Assembly: GCA_029717555.1 (NCBI GenBank)
Contig: JAMDHS010000001.1
Span: 1-64,000, forward strand
Direction: 5' to 3'
DNA length: 64,000 nt
From: Peribolospora baueri
Lineage: Eukaryota
Below are positions 9,913 to 24,737 of this stretch, piece after piece. Within the stretch, counting starts at the first letter, position 1; every line of letters begins with the position of its first letter. A program made the position numbers and the translations under genes. Below the pieces are notes generated by a model. It ran no database searches. It saw only the letters and a list, made by a program, of their open reading frames with translations, and was not told the origin of the DNA.

Positions 9913-12900
9913 TTACCCGAGCAGCTGGGGCCGCCTGGGCAGGGATCTTCTCGTGCTGCTTCCCAGACTCAAGTCGTCGCTTGCGACGTTGATGTAGCTT
10001 TCCGATGCAGTCCGGCGGGCCTCGTGTCTATGGGTAGCCGGCTGAAAGTATCGCTGGCTGAGTATGTCGCGAGCCAGCTCGCGGACGAGGACGGCGCCGT
10101 CTTGCTTGCTTAGCTTGTCGATGATCTGCGAGGTGCGCGGTGCGAACAAGACGGTGAGATGCCACGCCGCCGGCCATGATGACCTGTCTGTCGCCAGCAC
10201 GTACCTCGAACAGGCCGTACCGCTCGACGACGGCTTGCCGGTCGGGATGCACGTCGCACACCGTCTTCAAAATCCTCAGCAGATTGAGCCTGACCACCGC
10301 CTTGCCGTGGTCGAGACGGTCGATAAGCCGGCGGAAGAACTGAGCGCCCCTGGAAATGCCTAGGGTGATGGCGGTGGACATGCGGAGGATCTTGAGGAAG
10401 GGTTCGAGAAGGTTCTCGAAAGACGTCGCCTTTGCAGACGTGAAGCAGCGCACCAGCGAGTCGATGGATGCGGTCTGCTGCAAGACGTCCTCCACTCTGG
10501 CCGTCTCGTCTTGAAGCCTGTCGGTTGGTAGCACGACGCGATATTAATCTATGCGCTCAGAGCGTAATGACGCCAGTACTCACCAGACGAGAATCGACTC
10601 CAAGGCGGAAACTTGCCAATATGGGTCAGCCAGTAGCCGAAGATAGAATGGCAAGCCATCGTGTTTCCAGAGCAGTTTCCGAGTCGTCTTTCCAGCGTGC
10701 GCCAGATCGCATAGTACGGGAAGCGCGAATTGCTTCAAAGGCGAGTTGGATTCGACCACGCGAAGCAAGTGTGGAATGACCCCGGCCGTGGCCGCCTCCT
10801 CTTGACGAGACTTGTTGATACGGCACACTGCCAAGGAGAAGAGACAGTTCGTAAGCGAGACGCACGTGGAGGCCAAACCGCATGCTAGACTTACGGTTAT
10901 AAATGGCGTTCAAGACCTGGTTTGACGTTTCAGTACCACACGTGCCTTCGCCGTATTCGGCGAGGATGTGCACCAAAATCTCAATGGTATCGCAATTCTG
11001 CAAGACTTCGAGGATGCTCGGGCTCATTGTCAAATTCTTGATGATCTTGAGGACAGCGACGAGTGCCTCCGGGTCAAGCATGTCGCAAGCTTTGAGCAGA
11101 CCTGGCGGAACCACGACAAACAGGCGGGCGGCGATCAGACGAGAAAATCGAGTCGACCCCCATGCAAAAAGAACGCTCACAGCGAATGATGCTCCTCTTC
11201 GCCACCGCCTCCTTGGCTTTAGCGTCTGACTGAGAGAAGAGCTGGAAGATCTGCAGGATGCGCGGCTTGATCGACTCGGCCACGTCGCCGTGATCTTCGA
11301 GGACGCTCATCAGGGCCTGGGAGAGCGGATCGAGGAGGCCTTCGGACGCGAACATCCGGCAAAAATCATTTCGCGACGTGGGGCTCTGTTCGGAAGGAAG
11401 GAGGGCAAGCGGCGGGCGAGTGAGTGGACGGGACGCGATTCTGTCCCGTCTCATCAACCGCTCACCTGAAGCTCGAATACGCTCGAAACGCAATTGACGG
11501 CGATCCAGACAAGGTCTTTCTGCTGAGCATAGTCTTCTTCCACCATCTGCACGAGTACCTTGAGGCCGCGACACGACAGCACGAACTGGAGCGTCAAGCT
11601 GGAGGCCGAACACATTGCGTAGAGAAAGTGGGCAGCCTCGAGACGCGTCTCGTCCGAATATTTCTTGGAAGTGAACTGCATGACAACTGGGATACCTCCA
11701 ATGAGACAGAGGTTCTCTTGGGCCGAGAGGTCGTCCACGATGAGCTGGAGAGGCGAAAACAAGCGGAACGAATGAGCCTAGTTGATTCGCGCTCCACCGG
11801 CTCTGCAGGTTTCTCACCAGGTTCAAGATACCCAGTAATCGAGCGATGACGTCCCTCCAGTAAGTGGAACCCTCGCGGGCCAACTGCTCGAGCAGCTCGA
11901 CGACGGCGAGAGCGCCGTGCGAACTAAAAACCTGTGCCTTCATCTCGGGCATATCGGTCAGGATGCCGATGAGCTGCTCACAAGTCTCCTTCAGGTCATC
12001 GTTTTCCAGGCGAAGGCAGTCGACGAGCTCTGCGATCAGCGCGCACGTGCGAGCGAACTTGTCGCGGGCAAGGTTCGTCTCAAGGTCCGCCTCTTCGTCG
12101 AAGCCCTCGTCGATCTCGGCGAAAGGGTCGTCCTCGTCGCTGTCTTCGTCGCCCAACCAGGATCGGTTGGACAGACGAGTGGTTAACTGGAGGCTCGGCG
12201 AGCGGGACGTCTCGCCTAGAAGTGGGAATGACGGATGCGTTAGTCGACGCCGTGATACTAGCGTCGTCACGTCACAAGTCTCACCCTGCAAGTCGCCGGT
12301 CTTTCCAAAGACGTCCGAATAATCGTCGTCGTCCAATTCCGAGTACTTGCCGAGCTCGCGTCTAGTCACCTCACGCATCTCGTCAGACATGAGCTTGAGC
12401 GAGTTGTTCCTCGACCCGCCCGGACTCGGAGAAGGCGACGGAGAAGCGGGAGAAGCGGAGCGCGACGATGGAGGCGACGGACGATGTCGACTCAACTTGA
12501 TGGTCGTACTTCGGTCTTTCTGGTTGCTCCCTTGTATTCGGAACGCGTCCGAGGGCGACATGAGCGTCTTGAGATCGTTAGGGTGGAAGAGACGCTTGAC
12601 CATGCTGTTTTGACGCGAGCGCATGCTGGCGACCTTGTGGCCCAACGTGCCTTCGTCCTCCTCGGACACGAGGTCCGAATAGTCTTCCACGACCGTCGGC
12701 ATTGGACTCCTCGGGGCGGCGGCGGCCTGATCGTCCAAACTGCGACGGCCACCCAAACGCGGACTTTTGCCTACACGAATGGTCACCGTGGCATCTTCTT
12801 CCTCCGCCCTCTCTGGCTCTTCGGGCGGCGTAGCCTTTTCGAGAGCCGCAATCTTGGACAGGGTGATGTCCTCCTCAAAGTCGTCGTCCCAGTTGTCCGT

Positions 12901-14765
12901 TTGTTCCTCTGGCTGTTGCAAATTAGCCAATCCCCTACGGTCGAGGAGATTCCGCGCGGGAAGCAGCTGCCCTAGGGGTGGAATCGTCGGTGAGCTCCGT
13001 CCAGAACCCATCGGACTGGTGCTCAACGGACCGGTTTCCTCGGGAACGGTCTCCGGCCTCGGCCCTCTTCGACGCCGTGGAGTGGTTTGTGAACTGGATG
13101 TGGGATCGCCGGGCCGACGCGCGTTGGCGTTGGAAATTGCAGAGGCGAGGGCTTTCGCAGGTAACTTGAACGTGCCGGAATCCGTCGACCGGGCGTTGGC
13201 CGGTTTCGGCGGCTCTGACAGCATAACACCGAACTAGGTCAGTGGCGACCGACATTTGGTTTCCAAAATCCAAACGACCGAGGGGCAGTCTCCGCCCACC
13301 TTTCAGAGCCTCGTTCCACTCTTGAACGCTTTTGACTGCCTCATCGTACACCGTCCGTGGTTTATCCCTCATATCCCGGGTGCTCTGAGCGGCGTTATGG
13401 GAGCTGGCCCGCATCTGCTGCTCCAACTGTCTCTTCGCAGCCATCATCCAAGGATGTCGAAGAAGCTTTCGGGCCGACACTCGAAGGTTAGCATCTTTTT
13501 GGAAGCAGTGAAGGAGAAAGTCTTTGACGATCTGCGTGGCAAAAAAGACGGGTAAGTGTCGCCGAACGGCTAAGCGTCGAGCGAGGGCGAGGACAGCATG
13601 AGCTCGAGGACACACCGGCGAAGCCCCTTCGGGCAAAGGCGGGCAATCGTCTTGCACGATCCGGAACAAGGCCGGCATGGGATCGAGGTAGTGGTATGGT
13701 GGCTTGCCCTGCAAGAGCTCGATGACCACGCATCCGACGCTCCAGATATCGCTCGCCGTCGTCGCACCGCTCTGGTCGATGACTTCGGGCGCCATCCAGT
13801 ACGGACTGCCGACGACGGCGTTATCGCTCATGACGCCGGCACGGGTGGCCACTCCAAAGTCGGCGAGCTTGATGGACCCGTCTTTAGTGGTGAGAATGTT
13901 GGCGCCTTTGATGTCGCGATGAATGACACCTTGGTCGTGTAGATAGAGCAGACCTTCGAGAACCTGGGAGATGTACACTCCCACCAGGTTTTCCGGGAAT
14001 TTGCCGAATCGCTTACAAATGTTCTGCAGAGAACCGTTCTCGCAATACCTATTGAGCAGAGCAAGCGGACGATGAGCGGGTGATACGGGAAGGAAGGTGG
14101 AGTGGTGAAAGTGAGAGTCGGACGCACTCGAGAATGATGTGGAGGAACTCGCGCGTCTTGACGAAGCCCTTGTACTTGACAATGTTCGGATGCTGCATTG
14201 GGAGGGGGGGGGGGGGACGAGGGTGAGCGAGCATCGCTCAGGTGACCTCAAGGGCGGCGAGCGACGTACATTGAGGTTCTTTAAAAGGTCGATTTCCGAC
14301 TGACGGTACCGGAGCGACGAGGAAGAGGCGGATCAGCAAACGGGCGCCGATATCCAAGGTCGGCGTGGGTGTGAGGCGGAGCGCACCATGATCTCTCCGA
14401 GCTCCGATTTAGGTATATCGCTCAATTGTATCTGCTTGACCGCCACGGTCTCCCCAGAGTCCCAGTTGAGGGCTCGGTAGACGGACCCAAAAGCACCTCG
14501 TCCAAGGCAGTCTCCGAGTTGCTGCACAGAAAGGGCGCACAGGGCAGGCACGGCTGAGATGAGAGGGAGAGTGAGCTGTGGGAGACACCAACGCTTCGCA
14601 AGCACTCACGTAGTGCGCCAACTCGCCGCTCCCCGTCGTTGGCTGGCTGCTCCTCCTCGGCTGTGCTTCGAGCGCCGCCGTCGTGCTGGCGCTTGGAGCA
14701 TGGCCGCTGCTCGATCGGCCGCCGGAGCTGGTGTGGCCGCCTTGGAACCTGCTCTGGCCCGGCAT
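9913..14765 (-). CDS. CDC15: STE-family septation/mitotic exit kinase (Cdc15/Cdc7/SepH)
   Basis: Kinase motifs [27 protein letters not shown] and GSPYWMAPE, plus [15 protein letters not shown]. An armadillo-like C-terminus contains [14 protein letters not shown]. Multi-exon. Confidence 0.92.
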
Positions 14766-15105
14766 GGCCTCGAGCTGTGGACGTGTCTGCTCGGGCGCCG
14801 GGCTGAGGGGGGAGAGGGATGGGGAGGAGGGAGGATGTGGAGGTTGGCGGTTAAGGATGACGACGAGGTTAGGATGATGATGATGATCGACACAGCCGCT
14901 GTTCATTTTTCATTCCACGTAAGTCGCGACGTCGCGCGCCGCAGACGGATGGATTCCTCCAGCCGGTCACCTCGTCGTGCCTGGCCAGAAAAAAAGCAAA
15001 GAGCAAGGCATGCTTCTATTCCTAAAGGGTTGCGCAGACAAGACACCCTGAGACACTCGCAAGTCGAGTTTGAAGAGGACGCAACCAAAGAAACAACAAC
15101 AGGAC

Positions 15106-15134
15106 GGGGATGGGATGGGATGGGATGGGATGGG
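15106..15134. repeat. (GGGAT)n microsatellite
   Basis: About 5 GGGAT units. Confidence 0.85.
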
Positions 15135-15183
15135 CGCAAGGTCGCAAGGTCACACCATCGGTCTACGCGATCTCTACGCGATC

Positions 15184-18100
15184 TCACGCCGCGCCGCTCT
15201 CCTCTTCGTGCCGCGCTGTCAACTTCTCCAAGGCCACGATCGTCCGCTTGAGCATGATGGCGCCCCCGCCGCTCAGCTTGTCCACCGCCTGGCCTTCTCC
15301 TACACCGCTCCCACCTCCTGCCACCGCCGTCCCCGAGCCGCTCGACTCGCCCGCCCCGCTCTCAGCACTCTCCTTCCGCGTCCCTCGCTCTGCCTCCTCC
15401 ACCAACCGCCGACTCCTCTCCAACACCTTGGCCAGACGACCTGCTTGGCCGTCGCCACCAAAGTAGAAGAACCGTATCTCGTCTTCGAGGCCCGAGATGG
15501 GCTGCTCCAGAGCGCGTCGTATGAAATTGCGCGAGAGAATGAACGCCTTCTCGGAGTATAGCCGCGAGTTCACGATCCCTTCCTCCGTCCCTCGCAGCTT
15601 CTCGTACGCCGGCTCGGTGAACCACCTGCGGCAATTAGGTGGTAAGATCGTTAGCGCCGAAGGACGTACATACCGAACCAGCACCCGTCTACTCACGGCT
15701 CCCTGACCAACACCAGCCCTTGTATGCTGACAAACACCTGCAGAAGGCTGCTCTTTTGCGGGTTCCAGCTCTCCGATCGCTCCCCTTGCCACGTATTGAG
15801 CACAGACAGACAGACCTTGCCCTCTTCGTACAAGTTGGGCGACACCCGACCGTTTCCCTGCGTCGTCCCGGCAGACCTCGTCAACGCGCCGCCGAGGGGT
15901 GTGTAACAAACAAAAACGAGAAAACACTCGACTCACATTCGTCCAGCTATGGAAGTGAGCGACAGGGGCTTCGTAGGGGTATCTGTCGGGCTTGACGTAG
16001 AAGTCAATCAAGAAGGGAGCGTCTTCGTACGGAGTGTTCTCCGGGCCCATGATCAGAACGCGCAACAGGTCTGTTCGATCCTCGTACGACCGCACCAAGA
16101 TGGACTCTAAAAACAGGACAGGCGTCAAAAGGACACAGTTTTATCAACTCGACGACCTAGCCAGGTCGCAGGTGCAAACAAACCTAGCTGACGCACCTGG
16201 GAGGCTCGTTTGAAGCACTTTGAACTCCTTCTGCAGTCTGCTGAAAAATGCCTTGTTGCCCGTGCTCACAGGTTGGTTATAGAACGCATGGTCTGCTGGA
16301 GCGTCATCCAATACCTCGAACCGGCTCCACCGCGCGTTGTCCACCGGCTGCGAGGTCGGAAGGGCGACAGGAAGGGACTGCTGAGACGGCGATGGACACC
16401 GGGTGGCGGAAGAGGACTGGCTGGTAGATGCTTCCGTGGGTGGCTCGACCGATGCCGCTTTGACACCATCGACGGCTTCCGCGGCCTTTGCGTCGCGATC
16501 GGCCGACTCCTTTCCTCCAACCGCCTCCTCTTCCACGTCCATGTCCTCCCAATCGTCCTTCTCACCGTCCCATACTTTTCCGCCCTCCTCCGTCTCCCAA
16601 CTACCTTCGCTGCCGCCTTCGCTCACGTCCTCCATCTCGTCCCCTTCGTACGCCTGACCGTCGGCCCATGCACCAGCATCCTCGTCGAAGCCATCCTGCA
16701 ATAGCGTGAGATACTCGAGCGACTCCTCCACCAGCCGTCCGCACGGCAAACGTATGATGATCTTGCCGTCGGTCCGCATGTCCACCACTTCGCCGTACCA
16801 GTCTATCTCTGGAGCATCCTTGCCCTGCCGTGGCGAGAGGGAAGGAGCATCCGGACTGGACTTGGCAACCTCCATTCCGAGGTCACCCATTTCGGAACGG
16901 AGGGTGACGTCGTCCGGCAGTATCTCGCTCTCACCGATCCGAGGCAGTGACGGAAGAGGCTGACCGTTCCCTCTGTCCGAAATGAAGACAACGTCTCCTC
17001 TTCGGACACCCCACGTCGCAGGTTCGGGGCCGTGCACGTCGAGTTCCAAGACCGGAACGACTTCGCGCTCGTCAGTGCCGTACCAGCGCACCTCCGCAAT
17101 CCGCTGTTCAGGATCCACATTCTGTACCGTGGCCACCCTCTGCTGGCCCTCCCCTTTCCACATGACCCAATCGCCCGGCCAGACGTCATATTCATCCAGG
17201 TTGAGGTAGGGGATGATGCTGGTCGAATGCTCGGTCGTGACGGACCCGTCCTGCCAGATCACCTTGACGTTCGTATGCGTCCCGATGACATTGAGCACGT
17301 TGACTGACCAGATGGAAGGCATGCAGTGAGAATTTTCGTCAATGCGTCTAGAGACTACTGCGCTCAGACTGCTTTGAAGAATCCTGACCTTCAAACTGAT
17401 CATTTCCATGTTTAGTTCGTTCAACACCGTACTTTTGTTCCAGCTCTTTCGAGCGGAAGACGACTTTGTCTCCAACAGCGACTGTGTGTGGTTGAATACC
17501 AAAGTGAGCTCGATATCCTAGGAGGAGCACATGCGAGTCACTTACAGTGATTGTCCGCGAATCCTCGCACCAAAGTCAGCTTGTCCAGCTCGGTCCAATA
17601 TCGTTTGGGTCGAGGCCGTTGCTCTTGCTCCGCAGGTGTAAGCTAGAAAAAAAATCGTGGCAATTGAAACGCAACGTCAGGAAGGTGAAGGCCATGCTTC
17701 GAGGATAGGTCGAGGCTACACACCTTCTGGTTGATACCGAGCCAGTTCAAGCAGAGAACCGTTTGCTTGACCTCTAGGATCTTGCTCTTCGATCGGTTTT
17801 GTCGGGAAGGGAACAAAGACGACAGAAAGCTGGACTGTCCGAGCATGTCTTCGGCCGCCTCACCGACAGTCAAGCGAGCACCAATGTCGCACACTCGTAC
17901 GAGTTCAGATGTCCGACCCGACTCGACCAAAGCCTCTTCGAACACCTGCAAGAGAAAACGAGATGGCTACCGGGTGAGCTTTGCTGGCCATATTAAGACG
18001 GCTGGGATTGCATGAACCCACCTCCTCAACCACTCCCACCCAGTCGCCGTACATGATGTGGTCGCCAGAAATGATGTTGAGAGTATTTTTAACCTCCGTA

Positions 18101-18780
18101 GAGGGCACCCTTCCATCCACCTTCTTCTTGCTCATAGCATGTGAGAGCTCCAGCTCGACATCGACGGCAAGAACGACTCCGGAGGAAACGTCGTGAATCG
18201 ACCGTTTGCAGACGTCGCCCACCTGGAACGAACTGCAAAACGTCAAGAACATTAGCAGGAAGAAATCAAGGAGTGTGTATCAGGACAGATAAAGAAAGGG
18301 AGCGAATGCGGGCAAGCAAGAAAGGACAGCTCACCGATCGATCACTCGGACGTCGGATTCCTTCAAAATTTCCCGAGTGGCCGAAGGATAGAACGCTACG
18401 CCGACCTCGTTCTTGTTCAGCTGCTGACCCAGTCGCCACCAAGAGTTGGGAAGGAGTTGAGCAAAGGCAAGCATAAGAGCGAAGAAGACTCGACCGAATA
18501 GAACGGCTCACACGTCGATCAATGCCGTTCAGCATTCTCTCCTCCTCCGGAGTGAGCTGGATCTCCTCTTCCGGATCGTACCAACATCTCTGAAAAGGTA
18601 TGGGATGCAGGAACACAGAGAAAGATCAGGGACCGTGTCTGACAAAAGACAAAAGGACGCAGTGCACTGTGCGGAGCCACCGCCACTCACGAGAACGACA
18701 CCGGCCTCATCGTGGCCATCTCTGCGAACGACGTCCTCGTGAAAAATCTTGCTGCTGGCGGGTGCGCTCCTCGACGCCAT
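15184..18780 (-). CDS. UBE2O-like E2/E3 hybrid ubiquitin-conjugating enzyme
   Basis: C-terminal UBC domain ([29 protein letters not shown]...[18 protein letters not shown]) with a long N-terminal region containing VIWQDG. Multi-exon. Confidence 0.9.
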
Positions 18781-19003
18781 GGGAAGTGTCGTTGCAGAAC
18801 GGCTGCAGTGATGAAGAAGGAAGATGGCAACGAAGGACAACGTCAGAAGATCGAGGACCGGAAGAGAAAGGAATCGCCTTGGCTCGCATCACTTGACAAT
18901 GTGTCTGGCTGCGGCAACTCACCCGCGGCTTCCCCTCGGCCGGCTTGCGTCTCCTTCGAGCTCAGGCACCCATTCGCGCCCATCGCCAAAGTCGCAGCTG
19001 TTG

Positions 19004-22000
19004 ATGGGCGAGCTGCCGACGCTGGAAAGGGCGTGGGCGTCTCTTGGTCGTCCCGCCAGTCCCGGTTTGCAGCATGCCGCGCATGGAGACGTCGACGGTC
19101 GGCCCTTGCTGGTGAGCGCTCGTCGCCTTCGATCAGCTGCTAACCGCGTTCTGTGTGGGCTCTGAGCGCTTACCCACGTTTCCTTCGCAGGCCGTGGCGA
19201 GCGCCGGAAATGTTTCTCTACTTGATGCACGTCTTGATATTGTCATGGTCTTGCCCTTCTGGGAAGCTTTTCCGAGCACAGCGGGCTATGACGGTGCCAT
19301 CGCCTGCGTGTGCTTTGCGCCTCGTCTCGACGCTGGACCGACGACGGTACGTGGGCTTCGGATGGGATGCAGCATGTACTCGCTCAGACTGATTATGTTT
19401 CATTCAAACAACACTGTGCTTGATAGCTCGCAGCCGCTCTCGGTCCCCATGTCGCAGTTTGGACCGTTTCCAAAACGCCGGACGGGCTTCGATCACGCGT
19501 CCACTCTACGTTCACCGAGAGGAGTGAGGTGACGAGCTTGGACTTGCAGCACGGTGAGCCGTTTTCAGTATAGCATGTTATGGTCAGTGATAATCTGAAC
19601 GGATTCGTCTCCTCTCTGCAGGCGTCATGCTAGTCGGCTCAAGATCCCTGTCTATTTGGCGCCTGGATGAGACGACGGAGATCCCGATGTGGTCCCGACA
19701 GTGGACCAAATAGTGAGTCCGAGCTGCATTGTCGGATCGGCCCGCTAGGTGTTTCTCATTCATTTTCATGGGCCTGACCTTGCGACTCTTCAGTGCCCCA
19801 TCGAGCGTGTCTGTTGCACGTTTCTCTCCAGATGGCCAGCTATTCGCCAGCGCAGTGAAGGTGTGTGCATCACATATTGTCGCCTGATGTTGAACGATGC
19901 TTCAATTCAGTTTCCTGCTCACCCTGGACGCTTTTTTGTTGGCCGTGATTGCAGGGTGGAGCTTGTGTGTCTATCTGGGACCTCGCGACACCGTCCTCGC
20001 CTTCGATCACTTCGCGGTTGAGGCATGCGCGCCCAGTTGTGGATCTCTCCTGGAGAAAGCGCCCTCAAGAGACAAGTCAAGCGCGTATCCTATTCACCAG
20101 AACTTCTCAAGGCGCCGCATTCGTCTTTGGCCCCGTGGTAGATCAGCCGGACGTCTTCCAACTTTGGACTTCTGTCGACCCAGCATCTTTCGACGACTCG
20201 CCATCGACCTCCGACCCGTTCGGCAGTCCAGGGTCGGTCAGGTCGAGGGAAGCGCTAGGGTGCGCGGACACGAGCTCACACGACGACGTGGCAAGGTCTC
20301 GAGGCGTCAACACAGTACATTGGTGGGACGCCTCCGACGCGAGTACGGCGCTGACTGCAGCTTTGCGTAGCCTGGATACCAATGTGAACGCGGGCGGCGA
20401 GAAGGAGGGGGATGAGCAGCAGAAGCTGGCAGGCAGTTCCAAACGGTTACAACATTTTCTGGATGATGGTCCAGATTTCTTCTTCAAGGTCGGCCAGGAC
20501 GGCAGTCTGGTTGTGAAGGCGGTCGCCAACATCGACCGAAGGCCGCCGACTTTGCTTCAGGCGTATACCGTCCTCCGCCTTCGTCCCACGGCGCCGCTGC
20601 CGGCGAATCTGTTTGCGGAGAAGATCCACTTTGTCCCCCTCGTACCGCCAGCGCCCACCGGCCCAAGTTGGCCAAACGTAGCCATGCTTCTGCAAGGCCC
20701 AAGCACCGGCAGCATTGTCTTCTTTAGTATCGTACCAACCCTATTCTTCGAGGGCGACGCGCGAGGTCTGTACGCTGTCGAGTCCATCGGACCCGGCGTC
20801 GACCATCTCCCTCCGTCTTACGCCGTCGGCGAGCATCTGCGCTCCCTGGACGGCTTTACCCGTACGGACAACGGTGGGGCTATCGTCAGTGTAGCAGAGG
20901 AAGGGGAGGCAATCATATGGAGCGCCGGATTTACGCCGCCGCGCGTGACTGGACGGCGGCGGCGCTCACGCTTGCGGCCGACGGCGCGCTGGCGAAAGCA
21001 GGTGGGAGGTTTGCCGGTGGCATTGTTCGACGATGGAGACGGTCTGGCGGCCTACGACGGTTCCTCGTTAGCTCTGTGGCGCCGTCGGGGCATCGACATG
21101 GAGCGGGCGGGCGTGTTGGAGCCTTGGTCAGCAGAAGCGGTTCCTGCGATGCTTCTCGCGCTCACTGAGGATTCGACCGCCGGCGGCGTTCGGACGTCCT
21201 ATCTGATCGCATCGACGGCGGAGGCCGATGTCTTCCTCTGGAGGATCTCGCGGCGGGCGTCGACAGGAGCGGGCGAGGGGGAGGAAAAAGGAGAAGGAGG
21301 GTACCGGATAGATTTCATCAGTCGCTGCCAGCTCCTTGCTCCAGAAAAGGTAGATGCCTTTGTCTCTTCTCCGGACGAAAACGGCGGCGGGTGGTCCGAA
21401 GAGCGCGCGTCGGCGGTCGCCCATCCTGCAGATGTGATTGCGACCCTACCCGTGGATCCCATGGGTTGGCATCAATCGGCCTTTGTTCCCGCTACCGCAG
21501 GGGCTAGTCGGAAGTCGTCCAATGACTCTGCTGCACGACTGGCTCACGATGTGCTGGTGGCCATCACGGCCGATGGAGTGTTGTCGTTCTGGACTCCTGA
21601 TCTGCGCGACGTCGGCGAGCCAAACGGAGCGCCGAGCAAGGAGGTGGGAGGTTGGCAGATGACCGGGGCGATACACACTGGAAGGACAAAGGTGACAATG
21701 GCTCGATGTAGTTCTTTTAAGAAGACGGCTCTCGGTGAGTCCGGCATTCATTGGTCCGTCGTGCAAGCAGTCGTGACGAGCTGACGAGGCGACGGTGGCC
21801 CTTTGTTTGCCTCTACAGTGTGCCGGCGCGGGGAGGAGGAGGAAGAGCTGACCATTTGGGACTCTCGAGAGTCCGAGTTCGCCTCTGGGCTCGAGCACAT
21901 CCAACTGTTCAGGTCGACGGAGGAAGCGATCAACGACCTGGACTGGACATCGACGGCGGACCTGCAGTCCATCCTCGCCGTAGGCTTTCGGAGCACGGTG

Positions 22001-24737
22001 TTGTTCTTGTGCCCGAAGCGGTTGGATTACTTTGAGGCGTCGACCGGCGGTCCTGCGTCACCGGAGCGATGGGAGACGTTTGTCAAGGTGGACATCTCCG
22101 GCTTGACGCCAAACCCGATCAGCGATTCGATCTGGCTGTCTTCCGGGTCCCTGGCCGTCGGGAGCAGCAACCAGGTGTTTGTGTACAGCCGGTTCCTGGC
22201 CCACAAGGCGGCGTCGGGGGCGGCGTCAGGGGAGATGGCGGCGGCAAGCGAAGGTCACAAGGCAGGAGCGGACGAAGCGGTGGACATTTTCGAGCTGGTG
22301 GCGCGGAGGAACGGACCGGTGCCGGATTGGCACCCGCAGTTGGTTTTGCAATGTCTGCTGTTGGGTGAGCGTCGACGGTGTTTGTCAAAGAAAAAGGCGG
22401 GGCCTGCCGGCTGACGGCTTGGGCTTTCCGTCTCGTTTGACTTTTTTTCAGGAAAGCTGGAGCTGGTCAAGCGGATCTTATTCTCCTTGTCGGAGGCGCT
22501 TCAAGAAGCGGAGACGACGGGCGACATTCGACTGCGCCAAGTGCCGACGGAAGCGTTCTACGAAGAGAGCAGTCTTGCAAAGACGACGGGTACAAGGCCG
22601 GCGTTTCAAGACTTGTTGGACGGGGGACACGAGCGTCGGGAAGAGTGAGTGTCGATCGAGGGCGCGGATGTGGAACGCACGACGCTGACGGAAGACGGAC
22701 GGTGGTCGGTTCAGGGACGAGACAACGCTGGGGCGTCGGTCTGTGGACGAGCTCGTAAAGGCGCTCGAGCGGCGTCCGCTGCCGCACCTATCGGCAGAAG
22801 AGACGGCGCGACTGGGCGTCCTGGCGCAAACGACGTTGGAGGTCGACGAACAGTCTCGGGCGCTGGATGCGAACGGGCTGCGGTACCTCGTGTCGATGCG
22901 GTCCTTGCTCGCCTATCAGCAGCTGGCGAGCCGTCGGTCGTCATCGTCGTCGCCGAACATGCTACCCACTTCGTCCGTCACGTTCAACGCACTCCACGAC
23001 GCTCGTTTGCCGACTCGGCGGGCACCGGATGCGTCGGGGCGGTTACGGCACAGGGATATGGTGTGGGCGTACCACAGCGAAAGCCAAAAGGTGTTGCTGA
23101 GCGCGGTGCTCAAGGCGGTGGACGGCAAGATGACGTGGGAGGCGGCGAGGCAGTTTGGCGTTTTCGTATGGCTGCGGAGCCACGAGGCGCTGGTGAGCTG
23201 GAAAGGAAGGGTTCGGGTTCGCTCATGTGGTCTTAACCGGTTTTTTTTTCTGTCCTTTGCAAGCGCGCTCAAATGGAGCTCGTCGCTCGGGCAGCGTTCC
23301 AAGCCAACTCGGACCCGGTAGCGTGCAGCCTGTTCTACTTTGCGCTGCGCAAAAAGAAGCTGGTGTACGGGCTGTGGAAGCAGGCGGCCTGGCATCCGGA
23401 GCAGGCGGCCATGCTCAAGTTTCTCGCGCATGATTTCGAGCAGGAACGGTGGCGGACGGCGGCGATGAAGAATGCGTATGCGTTGATGGGCAAGGGCCGT
23501 TTCGGTGAGTGCGGCGGGGGAGCGGAGCGAGGCGGTACGGCCAAATCTGATATATTTTTTTTTTCGTCTTCTATTCGCTCAGAGTACGCCGCGGCGTTCT
23601 TCCTGCTGGGCGGGTCAGTCGAAGACAGCGTGAACGTGATCGTGCGTCAGCTGGGCGACCTGCAACTGGCGATCGCGGTTGCGCGGGTGTACGAAGGTAG
23701 GGACGACGGAAGGGTGTTGGAGAAGCTGCTCAAGAGTGTCGTTCTGCCGATGGCGTTTGAGAACGGGTACCGGTGGATCGGCAGTTGGGCGTTTTGGATG
23801 CTGAACAGGAGGGATCTGGCGGTTCGAATTATTGTGGTGAGTACATCATCCTATCATGATCATGTCGCACGAGCAAGGCAAGGGCTGACGGTGACGGTAA
23901 CCGATGGACAGACGCCGTTGTCGGTGCTGGTGCAAGAACCGTCGCTGCCGCTGATCGGGCCGCGACCTCAAGTCGGGGAGCCAAACTACGACGATCCGTC
24001 GCTGGCCATCCTATATTCGCAACTCAAGGACCGGAGCTTGCAGACGGTCAAGGGGACGGCGGAGATTAGCGAGAGGACCGAGTTTAATTTTGTGCTGCAG
24101 ATGGCAAGGGTGCTGTGTCGGATGGGTGAGTGGTCGGAGTGGTCGGAGGGGTCGTGTGGAAGGATGCGCTGACGATGGATTGGGATGGTGCCGCCGTCTT
24201 GCGAAAGGATGCCACCCGCTGGCGGTGTCTCTCGTGCGCAACTGGCCGTTCGATCGGCCGACGACGCCGACGCCAACGCCCCAGTCGTCGGTGTCCGCAT
24301 CGGCGTCCGTATCGGCGACCGCGTCCACGGTTGGACGGACGGAGGAGGGGAGGGCGGCGTCTCCGACGGTGACGACGAGCAAGCCCGCGGCTCGGCGGCC
24401 CCCGTCGGCGCGGGGGACGCGGCTCCTGCACCGGCGGAGGAGCACGGTGGTGGACATGGAGCTGCCGGCGAGCGAGAGCGAGACGCCGATGCCGAGCGGG
24501 GAGGACGACGACGGTGGTGGTGGTGTGTCTCCTACTAGAAGTCGTACTACTACTACGACAACGACACCGACAACAACGACGACGGGCGCATCTGCCTCTC
24601 TCGCCGTTGACGCAGCGCCACGGTCACCAGGGACAGCGCGACAGTCAAGCGGGCTGGGAAACCTACTCCGAAGCGCAAAGCAGGAAGCAAAGAGCGGCGG
24701 GCATACCGAGTTTGACTTTTCGGCGTTTGACATGTGA
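19004..24737 (+). CDS. RAV1: RAVE complex subunit Rav1 (rabconnectin-3alpha-like WD40 protein)
   Basis: WD repeats and Rav1p_C motifs: LDANGLRYL, WAYHSESQ, DPVACSLFYFALRKK and WRTAAMKNAYALMGKGRFEYAAAFFLLG. It lies divergent from the E2 gene across ~220 bp. Confidence 0.9.
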